DNA of 64,000 nucleotides from Flaccisagitta enflata (lineage: Eukaryota): the NCBI GenBank assembly GCA_965153355.1, contig OZ231126.1, positions 4,836,001 through 4,900,000 of the forward strand, given 5' to 3'. The notes under the pieces are model-generated. The model worked only from the letters and a program-made list of their open reading frames with translations. It had not been told where the DNA came from and made no database searches. The position numbers were made by a program, and so were the translations under genes. Below are positions 1 to 11,475 of this stretch, piece by piece. Positions within the stretch are counted from its first letter, which is position 1, and each line of letters begins with the position of its first letter.

Positions 1-1871
1 ATGCACAGGGAGTTGGAGGGATGGAAAAATAGTTTTCCCATGTGGGAAAGCGCAGGAAACCAGGCCCTTTGGGGCCGCTGCTCAAAAATAAACATAAGGC
101 ACTTCAAACACAGGACCTTAAATTTGACTCAGGGGTGGGATGCGGGGCACAATGAAGTCTTTTATTGGGGGAATGGCACAGCAGATGAGTGGGACGCCTC
201 CATGCAGTATCTAAAAGACGGATATGACCAAACCAAAATTGGTTCAACCAAAAAGGCTTCCTCGCGATTGTCATTGCAAGGCCAAATTCCAGCACATTTC
301 TACTGACATCTTTCAACTGTGAGCAACAATCAAGACTACACCCTGCCTTATCTGTTGGTCGGTGGTTGCGTCCGTTTGTTGCATTTATTTTTTTCACTTT
401 TTTATATTTCTGCGGTCCTTGGCCTCATTGTGCCTGCCCAAATGCTCTAGTTTACCTCTGCCCAACCTGCCCAAATGCTCCAGTTTACCTCAAATATGGC
501 CTTTGCCCACCCGCACGCGACTGGGGTAGCTGTGTATCTGGCCTTGTTTTTGTTAAACGCGTTTTCAGCGTTAACACAAATTCATGAATTTCAACAACCC
601 CATGAAGGAGCAAGCCGGTGAACAGAGCCTACTAAAGTGGAGCGCTGCAGAACAAATGAGCGAAGTGAGCGGCGCCAGCAAACAAACATAGCAAGCGATC
701 GAGTGGCCAGTTTATAAAGCAATTGTCATGTGTGGAAACTGGCCCTTAATCAATGATAAGCTGGAATTGCGTCAATATTGTCCAATACGTAATCAATTGA
801 GATGACAAATAAATGTCTTTCCTGAAAAAAAAATGTCTTGACATGAAAATCAAATGCGTACATGAAACATTGATAATCATAATACATATATGATATATTA
901 CGCATTCAATTTTTAGAGTACTTCAGAATGTCAGACTTGTCAAAATTTCAGACATTCTAGTTTAATATACATAAGAGAGTTGGCTCAAGAGTATAACAGT
1001 AGTGACAGAAAATTTGATACAGAACTTTTTGACACTCTCTATTGATTTATTGACAACTTTGGTTATCATTCAATATCAAACAATACATCATTTGAAAGTT
1101 TATCAAAAGTTCTTCAAAAGCTTATTTTATGCGAGTTGGTCAGTCCTTTGGTTTGGCCTCAGTATTGAGTTGAAGTATGGTGGTTATGACTTTTCTACTC
1201 AGGATTTGAAATTATATAAAAGAACTTTGCATCTGTTTTTTTCTACTCCAGCCCAAATTACCTCCAAAAAATAAGAAAGGCCATAATTCTCAAATACTAT
1301 AGATCAGCAGGTAAAATGATGGACCAACTAATAGCCTGACGCAGCAGCACAAAGAGCCGTGGAGCAAAAATCAAGTATTGAAGGATTTACGGATAAAATT
1401 CTCCTAAAATGATCATCATTTGACCATCATAATTAAAATCATTACTAAGCATAAACCATAAGAGCAAAATATCTCCACAAGGTCAGGTTTTGAAGCACTT
1501 TGGAAGAGTTTGCAAAGAAAATTCAATGCGAGGTTGAAAAATACTTCCGATTAGCCATATATCCATGCAAGATAGCGATCAACTTTGTATCAAATTTTCT
1601 GTCGCTACCTAAGAGTTTAGATAATAGAGTTTAATATACATAAAAGAGTTCGCATAAGAGTATGCATAAGAGTTTACATGATAGAGATTAATATGCATAA
1701 GAAAGTGTTTGGCTTAAGCACGGTATTGACTAAGCTGGAAAAAAAAAGCAAAATATGCTTGTCAACAGACTACATTTAGAAAATTGAAATTAAACCAAGT
1801 CATAGAAGTAAAGCAAAAAGAATAGGCTTCTTTTGTTTTAATTTTGAGCAGCAAAGACAGCAAAGACAGCA

Positions 1872-2008
1872 AAGAAACGCGGTTAGGAACACCATGGTCG
1901 AAAACAGCTGAGAAACGCAGTTAGGAACACCATGGTCAATAACAACTAAGAAGTGCGGTTAGGAACAGCATGGTCAATAACAGCTGTGAAATGCGGTTAG
2001 GAACACCC
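1872..2008. repeat. 38-bp minisatellite, ~3.5 copies
   Basis: GAAAYGCGGTTAGGAACACCATGGTCAATAACAGCT units. Confidence 0.85.
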
Positions 2009-3051
2009 ATTATCTGAAGCAATCTGCAACGAATGCCCAGCAACCGCATTGAAAGATTAGGGCCAATTGCATGGCTTACAAATGTCGGGCTCACGCCCAT
2101 GTCGAAAAGGAAGAAAAAAATCTTAATGACCTAAAAGACAAATGAAAAACAGAAGTAAAAGTCAAATGAGAGGGAAGAGTGATAGAGCCTATGTGGATTT
2201 TCAACAAAATAAGCTGTAACTTTCGGTTAAACAAGGCATGGTTTCTTAACAATGTTGCCCTTGGGTGATCTGTTGAATTTTGGTGCCCTTTACTTCTTTT
2301 GGGCTAGATTAAGAAAAAATTTTTTTTTCAAATTAGATTATATAGAAAACTGGAGGTGGTGCGCAAAATTACTACTCAGTAAGGGTTCATAAGGCCCTTA
2401 TCATTTTATTTCAGTTTGGGTGTACTTATGATGGCTCCCATTGATGCATGTGGGTTGGCAGGGCTAGTGAGTTGTGATGAGTCAAGAGATAGGCCAATCT
2501 AGCAGTTGCAATTTGTTGTGCCAGGGATAGCGAGACTGCCTTTTGCAAGCTATGGACCAATGGACATATGAACAGTTTGACCGACAGGGCGACGGAGCGA
2601 CCAATTGAATCGCGATCACGCGATGAAGACGCCGATTTGAGGCAATTTTTGTAGCAGTATTGTAGCGCTTTTGTACCGGTTTTTGTGGCATATGGCATAG
2701 GGCAGTCATTGAAAAGCTACCGACAAACACAACATAAACCGATCTCACCAACAGACCAATAATCTGAGTAGCGTCTGATTCAAAGTGATGATTTCATCAG
2801 CTTTAGCTTGATTAAATTTAGATCTTTTCATCTTTTTTTGATATGTCATCTCCTCATGAAATTGCTCGCGACGTAACCCGCGCGTCGATATCAGCGCTTC
2901 ACCGTAACAAGGCTTGTATAAAAGCATACATGATCATACATGCTTGAGACGAGTCCAGCGCGGAAGATATCATACCGCTTAACCAAGTCGTCTCAATTCA
3001 ATACACTCTCACACTCTCTCACAAGATTGACGACTGAGCTCGGCTGTAGAA

Positions 3052-3178
3052 ATGTGGTTGCTGGTGCTTGTTGAGTTTTGGAGCATCTGTCTTTATTTTT
3101 GGGACATTGGTTTGGACATTCTCGTTTGCAAGGAAGGATATGGAAAGACATTCTCCCAAAGACAAGACAAATCGAAAG
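3052..3178 (+). CDS. XK-related (Xkr family) membrane protein, exon 1
   Basis: ATG-initiated MWLLVLVEFWSICLYFWDIGLDILVCKE carries the Y..D.G.D first-TM motif typical of XK-family N-termini; ends AAG|GTAAAG in phase 1, matching the phase-1 acceptor at 7087-7088. Confidence 0.7.
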
Positions 3179-3381
3179 GTAAAGACAGTCTCGTCGTTGA
3201 AATCACATCAGCGTACAGTGGAAACCCGATCTAACGACCTTGAAGGGTCTGGGAAATTTTTGTTGTTAAATCTGAATGTTGTTAAATGGAATTCCTTTTT
3301 TTTCTTATAGTTTTGAAACAAGGATAAATATATGTATTCAATAGAATTTCATAAGTTCTATATTTGTGCAACTGGTCAACA

Positions 3382-3795
3382 CAGTCCATGGACAAAACAA
3401 GGAGAGTAGATTTTTCTGATCACTGGTATGATGCTAAGGACTGAAAGAATTAACGGAAGAACAATTACTACTTGTAGTAATCGTTCAAAATATAGGCTTG
3501 TAATTACCTCATAGAAAATGACTGAGGACTGAAAGAAACTATTGCAAGAACGATTATTTCAGGTAGTAATTGTTCTTCCGTTAGTTTCTTTCAGTCCTAA
3601 GTAATTTTTTTTGAGGTAATTACAAACCTATATTTTGAACGATTACTTCAGGTAGTAATCGTTTTTCCATTAATTCTTTCAGTCATTAGTAAATTTCTAT
3701 GAGATAATAACAAACCGACATTTTAAAATCAACTACGCCTAAGCATCATAACGGTGATCAGCAAAATCTACTCTCCTTTTTTTGTCCATAGACTG
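3382..3795. mobile_element. Palindromic MITE with internal sub-repeats
   Basis: CAGTCCATGGACAAAA...TTTTGTCCATAGACTG; the arms pair over most of the length. Confidence 0.8.
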
Positions 3796-5709
3796 AACAG
3801 ATGAACTAAGAGATTGACAATCAGCTTCTTATCAACTCAATATAACACATTTTTGAGCAATAGATTATCACTTAAAGATTTCTTATTGGATCATTTTATG
3901 TTAAATTGATAACAAGCCATCAAGCCACATTGATAACACACACCACGGTACCAGTGGTACCGTACCACCTAATAAAAAAGACGCACTTTTAAATTGCTCA
4001 TTTAACCATACAATTTTTAAGAGACTCAATAAAATCTTGAACCATTTTAAAGCATCTTGAAAGTACTTCCATTTGGCGCCAATCTGGTAATTCTATCTTT
4101 TTTTGTTTACAAATGGCATTAGTTTGAGTAAAAATGTTGCCTGTTTCAGTTTCGCAAACCCTATGAAAAAATGCATTTTAGCAAAATGATGCTTCTCTTT
4201 GCAGAGCTCTAGCTTTTAAAACCATTTGAGATACAAGCCTGTGGTTGGTCTAGAATTAAATATTCTTTATGAAATCTTCAAAAATGACTCAACTGAAAAT
4301 AGTTTTAATCTTTTAATCTGTCTAGTTTTTAAATCGAGAGGTGAGTCTTTTTTTTTTCTTTTTTTTTTTTTTTTTTTTTTTTTGCGTGGTAGTCCACTGT
4401 AGTTCAGAAATCTTATCTCTCTGATTGTGGAGCGTTGCAACATCTGTCTATATTTTTGGAGTATTGGTTGGGATATCGGTTGGAATATTGGTTTTGATAT
4501 TAAGCCAGATAACTTTTTATATCCACTGAGTTAGAATTTCAGTGAATTCAGTAAATTCATGATTCGTACCTCAAAGAATTGCTAATCAACCTCTGAGAAA
4601 TCAAAGAGTGTTCAATTGCGACTGACTTATTATAAATTGATGGTGTGCCTCTCATAGTCAACATTATGATTTTTTCTTTTTTTCTTCTTATTGTATATTG
4701 TTTGACGTTTTTTGTATCAAATTTTCAAGGGTTTTTGTTCATGAGATGCATCTCAGGAAGTGATCAAAGAGTCTGGCTTTATTTCTGCCCTAGATTAGTT
4801 TGATAGAGTAATACTAAACAAGTCATCCAAGGATCGCACATGGTCAGCGGTACCCGATGCCCTGCTGGAGTGATCAAGTGAAGAAGTGGAGTGAGAGCAA
4901 GGCAGCGGCCCCAAAGGACCGATGTCCTGTAGGACACAGGGGTGAATTTTGAAACGTTGGGATGGCAGAATTTAGTCAAAAAGAGCAGATTTGAGGTTTG
5001 GTGGGGGGCAGGCTTGAATTTTGAGAAGTCGGGATGGCAGAATTTAGTCAAAAAGAGCAGATTTGAGGTTTGCTAAGGGGCAGGCTTGAGGCCTAGAGGA
5101 CAAATTTAAGGCCTTAAGAGTTGATTTGATGCCTGGAGCACGGATTTGAGGTCTGCAGTGCTGATTTGAGGTCTTGAGGGCAGATATAAGGTCTAGAGAG
5201 CTGATTAGAGCTCTCGAGGGCTAAATTGAGGTCTGAAAGGGCTAATTTGAGAGCTCAGAGGGCCAAAATTAGGCCTCAGACTGCAGACTTGAGGCTCCAA
5301 TGGCTGAGGGGGGATGGAAGGAGGGAAGGATGGACGGACGTCTCGAAATTCCCCCTGTGTCCTACAGGACATTGGCCCGTTGGGGCCGCTGCCCAAAAAG
5401 GACAAGGAAAGAATTCCTCATATCTATGAAAGCTTAGGTCATCAACCCTACGGGGCCGCTGCCCAAAAAGGGGACCGACCAACCAACCAACCAACCTACC
5501 AACCAACCAACCAACCAACCGACTGGCCGTGTTTACTACGTGAGTCAAAAAACAAAGCGGCACCCTTTAGTAGGGTAGTGGAAGAGATAGAAACAAGGCC
5601 AATACCTAGAAGTAGCTTGCAGGACATAAATAGCTTAAGATGACTTAAATTGAGTTTAAATGACTCAAGGTGACCTGAGATGACTTAAAATGACTTAAAA
5701 TGACTTTAA

Positions 5710-6320
5710 GTCACAGTGCAAACGAGTACGCAATTTGACAAGTCAAAATGATTTATATAACATCTTTTATTTTATCTATACAAAGATTTCTTATTGAGAT
5801 AAAGGATTTGTGGTTGGTAATCATCAATTTTTTGCATAGAAAAACGTTTTTCTGAACCATGTGCTTAGGAAATGTGAGAAAAAAGGATGCAAAATTGATG
5901 GATTTTTTACAAAAATTGATTCTTGTGCATTGACATGTCTCGCGTAAAAAACCAAATCTGTCTCTGAAATCAAAATTTTGCATTTTGAAAAACATGGCAT
6001 CAGTCTAAACACTTTTAGGAAACAGGCCATGTGTTTAGAAATGCAAAATTTTGAAACAAGACAGATTCGGTTTTTTACGTGGCAACATCTAATGTTTTCC
6101 GTGCAATTATCTTTAAAGAATTCTGTTGTTTCACTGAGTATGCTGCGACTTTACCAATGCGAAATCAATACCATTGGTCGGTTAACTGTTTTTTAATTAA
6201 TTTATGAAGTATAAAGCATGCATAAGACTTAAGTTTTTATTATATTTCCACCGCATAGCAGCGTATTCCATCACATAACAGAACGATTCGTCAAATTTGA
6301 CGCTGTTTTGCACCACGACT
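5710..6320. mobile_element. ~610-bp MITE with GTCACAGTGCAAACGA terminus, copy 1
   Basis: Highly similar to 13578-14191 over its whole length; imperfect other end TGCACCACGAC; TAA on both flanks. Confidence 0.8.
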
Positions 6321-6845
6321 TAAGAAGATTTTTGAATTTTGTTTCATTCTAGACTGATCCTAGGTCTGTATCTCATATCGTTTAGAAGTCAGAGCTTGTC
6401 AAAGTGAACTTTTATTTTCAAAAATATGCTCATGTTTCAATAGGATTGCAAAACTGAAAATGGCAATGTTTTCACTCTTTTTTATGCCATTTCTAAACGA
6501 TTAAAGCTAGAAATACCAAATTGGAGCCAAATAAAAGCTCTCTTTGAGAGCTGCAGAATGGTCTAAAATTTTACTTGATTGTTTTGAAATTCAATATGAT
6601 AATTGTTATTCAAAAGTGCAGCTTTTTTATCGATTCGCATAGTACAAACATAAAATAAAACAAGGCCGTATCCACGGCAACATTAGTCGCTGACGTGATC
6701 GGATGGGTGGACAGGAGCAGAAAATGTAAAAAAACAACTTTGTGACAGACGGACTGACTAACTGACTGACCGACCGACTGACCGACCAATTGACCTACCG
6801 AAAGTGTCTTATAGAGTTGCGTGTCCCTGACTAATAAATATTTTT

Positions 6846-7058
6846 TAGTCGCGTGCTACGCGACCCTACACCCCGCCTTGTCGGTCCGTCCGTCCGTCCG
6901 TCGGTCTGTCGGTCCGTCCGTCCGTCCGTCACACTTTACTTTTTTTTTGGTTTTTGCGGTCTTTAGCCTCACTGCTCCTGCCCAAATGATCAAGTGACCT
7001 CAAAAACAGCCCCTGCCCACCCGCACGCGACAAGGGTAGCCGTGTATCCGGCCTTGTT
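6846..7058 (+). mobile_element. Helentron-like non-autonomous element (HINE/DINE-1 architecture), family A exemplar
   Basis: 5' hairpin AGTCGCGTGCTACGCGAC, (GTCY)n microsatellite, 3' subTIR CACGCGAC, terminal stem-loop GCCGTGTATCCGGC, T-rich flanks, no TSD; other copies at ~6659-6835, 13448-14218, 16137-16270, 21523-21670, 24975-25168, 31533-31695, 40971-41120, 41302-41438. Confidence 0.72.
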
Positions 7059-7088
7059 GCTTACTCAATAAGCATTCTACTTATCAAG

Positions 7089-7325
7089 GTATGAAATATG
7101 TTTGGGATATCCTGGATTTTGTATCTTCTCATGAACTGGTTGACATGGAGGCAATTCACTTTCTGCTCACTTGGCTCTGGATTTTTTTGGGATATCTCGC
7201 TCAGTTTGTGATGGTCTGTCGCCACATCAAAGCGCAAGATTATCTTCCGGCGGCTTATAAATTCTTCATCGTTCTCTCTTCTCTGTTCATGCTTGGCCCA
7301 ACCATGATTCATATCTACTGCATAG
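7089..7325 (+). CDS. XK-related membrane protein, exon 2
   Basis: Acceptor ttatcaAG|GT; encodes two hydrophobic segments (HFLLTWLWIFLGYLAQF; FFIVLSSLFMLGPTMIHIYCI) with an XK-like LGP motif; phase-1 end at ATAG|GTCACA. Confidence 0.7.
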
Positions 7326-8710
7326 GTCACAGTGCAAACGAAGGCAAAATTAGACAACCGTGCATATTCATAACTTGCTCTACTTGTGAATTTTATCAAA
7401 TTAAAGTATAATCTGTTTTTTTTTGTTTTATTATTCTCTTTCACAATGCTTAAAAAGTAAAACAAACTAAGAAACTTGATATTGCATTGAAGATAAACAG
7501 AAACAATCACTCATTTGCAATAATTCCTTAAAAATACAGTTGCAAAAATTTTAAAAGCAGTCGGGTGAAATTCTAAGACTATTTCCAGATGCAAATTTTT
7601 GCATTTGTAAGTACATAGCTCCATTCTTATATGTTTTTTGAACGAGGCTATGTTTTTGGAAATACAAATATATCAGTGTAGGAACCAGCTTAGGATACCA
7701 CCCAAGATAACTCAAATTACAAAACTAAATTTCTTTGATGAATTTATAATTTTTGTATTATTTGTCTTCATTTTTCTTACATTTAAGTGAGATATCAATT
7801 ATCTTCTATGCAAAAAAAATCATAATGAAAGTAAATAAACCTATGTTTAATTAAAAAAAATCATTTTACCAATAAAGGCGGCTCTCGCCGTAGGAAAAAA
7901 GTCGTAAGTGCTGGGTTTTGGAATGTTATGTGATTGTGTTTTGTCTGTTTGATTGCCTTTTTTTCTCTGGGCATCCTTTTGGTTTGTTCCACTCTCTACA
8001 TGTGTTTCTCTGATTGTTCTTTGTTTGCCCATCTCTTTCTCACTTTCTCTCTCTCTTTCCCTCTCCCATTCTGATTTTCTCTCTCCCCTTCTCTTTCTCT
8101 CTCCCCTTCCATCATGAAACACGGGGTTACAATATCATTGCGGACAGGTTTACAGAGGCATCCAACCCCCATCCACACCCCAACCTCAACCCCCACACAA
8201 TCATCTAGACCGCTTGTTTTTCCACTTGGATGGACAGACAGACCATCAGACCAATGGATGGACTGACGGACAAAGCCTCTTATAGTGTCCAGAGTTTAAA
8301 TGAGAGAGAGACTGTGCTGCCAGGACGCACAATCATCACCTAGGACATTTCAAAGTTCAAATGGACTTCAATTAACTCGATTCCTTGTTTTTAGGAAAAA
8401 TGCAAAAAATGCGAAAAAATATAAAAAGATTTAAAAAATTGTAGCTCCAAAACTATCAATCGCACAGAATTCTGCTTGGCGTCATCTGAAAGAGGAGAAT
8501 TAGCTCTTTCTTAGCTATTAATTTCATGCGTAGTCCCATTCTGCCCCCAAAATGCATCAACTTTCCCAAACGACTCATAAAACAAAGGGAAATCCGTTTT
8601 TCTCTGCAGGACTCAAAAAGACCGAAGGGACTTTGTCTCTTCGACTTTTTTCCAAATGATGTCAAAAATTGTCTAAAAATGTGAATTTTGTCTTCGTTTG
8701 CACTGTGACG
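7326..8710. mobile_element. Non-autonomous TIR DNA transposon forming intron 2 of the XK gene
   Basis: TIRs GTCACAGTGCAAACGAAGGCAAAATT and AATTTTGTCTTCGTTTGCACTGTGAC (one mismatch); TAG on both sides (7323-7325, 8711-8713). Confidence 0.85.
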
Positions 8711-8713
8711 TAG

Positions 8714-11475
8714 GCCTCCTTATCATTTTCCGATGTATCCCGAGTCCAACTTTGTCGTCACAATCCACGACGATCCAGAATCTCAATCGCGCGCTGCTTT
8801 TCGCCCACACGGTCAAACTAGCGGAAATCTTCTTCGAGTGTATGCCGCAATTTTTGACCCAATTGGTTATGACAAGTGCCAAGGGAAATAACGGTTTAAA
8901 GGAGATGACGTTTTTGCAAATGGGATCTGTTGTCAGTAGTTGTATCACCATCACGTGGGGAATCTCCAAATACTCCATCCAAAATCACGGGAAATTTGTC
9001 TCAAAAAGTCATTCAAAAATGACTTCGCATTTGGTTCTTATTTTTGTCATTTTATCCGAAGTCGTTTTTTGCGGGGGTGTGAGTCGGTTTTCATTCGCTT
9101 TCTACAGAGGGCGCATTCCGCTCGTAGCAATGTTGATGCCCCTTACTGCTGTATCATCCTTTTTTCACATGTGTCAACTTGTCAATGGCGTTAAAGGCTC
9201 CAAATACGGAGATCTTTCATTTCTTTTTGCGCGATTGTTCATTTGGGTGAGCGTACTTTTCGCTTTCTTTTCCGAACCTTCGTTTGAGAAAGGTAAGAAG
9301 GCGCTGGTTATCAACAATTCGTGGGTAGTTTTTTGCGTAACTATGACAATTGTGGCAGGAGTCAATACTACCGCGGGATTTCTTATTCGAAGACAGACGA
9401 CCAACTTTAGACTGTACGACTGGATTGATCAGTGGCTACAAGCCACCTCGACAGCCTTGGTCAAGCCAATTGACGCTGATCCATTTGAAAAGGGGCGTAG
9501 AGAATCGATAAAAGCATTGACCAACTTGAGTGAAGAGGAAGTGACAGCGGCTATTAGGAGGAAACATTTCGCAGAGAGACGGCATAGTGAACCAGTTTCC
9601 AGTATCGACAATGGAGAGCGTGATAACTCTATTTTAGGAGATTTGGATACAACCTGCATTCAAGGCTGTCATGGTGAGACGCCAATATCGAGTGAGAAAA
9701 GCCAGCCAACCAGACAGTCTGCGAGTAGCTGCGGTAGGCAACTTTTTCACTGGCTGTTTGCGACATTTTTCTTTGTACTATTCGTTTTTTGTCTGGGCTT
9801 CATTTGCAGCAGGCCCATAATTTACAAAAAGCCTGGTTACTACGTCTCTTTTCATTCGAGATACTTTAGCGAGCGTGGGTTTCCATTGGTGCATGATGAC
9901 AACGCGGCTCATCGAGGCTCCATTTGTGTGTATAACAAGACAAATTCCGAGATTCTAAAGGTGGCAATTGTCGTGGCTCGACAAATGGGACTTTTCCCCC
10001 ATCCCGTTCCCTTCATCGACGAAGAAAGCATCAACAGGCACAGCGGTAACAGGAAGCATTTCATCGAGGCTACCACCTTACTTGTGGGCAACTTGGACTT
10101 CTCCCGCCAAATAGTGGATCAAGAACCGCTCAAGTTTCCTTTCCTTCAACCTTCATGCGTTGGCAATGAAACCAATATCAAGGAATGCAAAAACTACGGC
10201 CTCTCAGTTTTGCTAGATCCTGCTTGTTACGAGGGACAAAAAAGGCTGTATGTTAGTATCATCAGGCGGCGGGTGCCTCAATCAAAGCCACTCAATTCCG
10301 TATATTTCATTACTGATATCGATTCCAACCTATCTCGTGCAAAAGAAAGTTGCTTCAATACAAATCTGTTACCTGTCGCGAAACCTGTAAAAGACTCGCA
10401 CCTTTTCCAAAATGGTGACGAGGAACGAATTTTGTTAATGGATCAATTCAAAATGTTGAATATCACCAAGTTGTGGCTGACTAACGATAGTTTCTTGTTC
10501 ACCGATCATAATTTTGGCGCTACATTTCGTCGGTCAAAAGGTGATGTTGAAAATGGGCTTCAACAGTCAATTTGTAAGGTATATCATGACTTCTACCCCA
10601 TGCAGTGTGGTCCCCGTGGGATTCCACTTTGCGACAATTGCACAGAAGTGGCGTACGTCAGGAACAAGTATTGGGAAATTGAATGTCGCTGCGAACCAAC
10701 AAAATGTCCAGAGAAAAGTTGTTCAAGATGCTCGACGCTCCGTCGCAATTACACAGATCATTGTGGCTGTCAAAGGGTTGAATGCGAAGAGAACGACATC
10801 TGTGGCAATTTTGGCGCTCGGCGATGTAGGTCATGCGAACTGAAGGCATATGTTGAGAAGAGCAAAGATGGTTGTTATTGCATGGAACCAGCTTGTAAGC
10901 CAACTCGATCTTGTAGCATGGATCGATTTTTGATGGTCTCAATGGGTCTCAATCATAACCTGACCAGGCCGCCAGGTCCAGGCCCAGATGATGAGAGTGG
11001 CACCAACGATGAGAGCGGCACAAACATTGAGAGCGGCGTCAGCCCTGATAGTGGCACTGATGCTGAGAGCGGCACCAATGAGGAAAGGGGCACTGAAGCT
11101 GAGAGAGGCACTGAAGCTGAGAGAGGCACGGATGCTGAGAGTGGCACCAATGCTGTGAGCGGCGCCAATGAGGGTAGGGGCATAAACGCTGAGAGCGGCA
11201 CTGAAGCTGAGAAAGGCCCAGACGTTGAGAGAGGCATTGACGCTGAAAGAGGCATTGACGCTGAGGGGGGCACAGATGCTGAGAGAGGCACCGAGGCTGA
11301 GAGTGGCACAGTGGCTCACAGTGGCTCACAGTGGCTCACAGTGTCTCAAGCCCAAGCAAACAAGCAGTGCTTTTTGGCAGCAAGGAAATGCTTTAGGGCA
11401 GCAAGGCAGAAACAAGGAAAAAAATCAAAGGAAATACATGAAAAAGAAAACAAAAAAGAAGACAAAATCAATTAA
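8714..11475 (+). CDS. XK-related membrane protein, exon 3 (XK core, extra TM, SRCR-like, CTL-like, Cys-rich, hexapeptide repeat)
   Basis: 2762-nt open frame; KLAEIFFECMPQFLTQL and SVVSSCITITWG match XK-family E..PQ...Q and S..S..W motifs; several TM segments; later GSICV...AIVVARQMG...CVGNETNIKEC resembles SRCR; acceptor gtAG|GC in phase 1. Confidence 0.85.
10990..11310 (+). repeat. Coding 18-bp tandem repeat (E-S/R-G-T-D/E-A hexapeptide)
   Basis: About 17-18 degenerate units of GAGAGNGGCACNGANGCT inside the XK exon 3 ORF. Confidence 0.9.

Noticed and set aside
1872-2008. CRISPR-like 38-bp periodicity
   Set aside because: No unique spacers, eukaryotic context, no cas genes.
2426-2927. Minus-strand ORFs upstream of the XK gene, TATAAAAG at 2917 and a nearby weak hairpin (~2945-2997)
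   Set aside because: No recognisable motif or splice structure; promoter signal too generic to call.
7328-7345. CACAGTG heptamer as a RAG/Transib recombination signal
   Set aside because: No 5-bp TSD, no nonamer at 12/23 spacing, and all three copies share GT outside the heptamer.
8698-8713. ORF-track start of the 925-aa protein
   Set aside because: A TTG inside the transposon TIR; the N-terminus comes from upstream exons.
10939-11329. Antisense ORFs over the hexapeptide repeat
   Set aside because: Shadow frames of the coding repeat.
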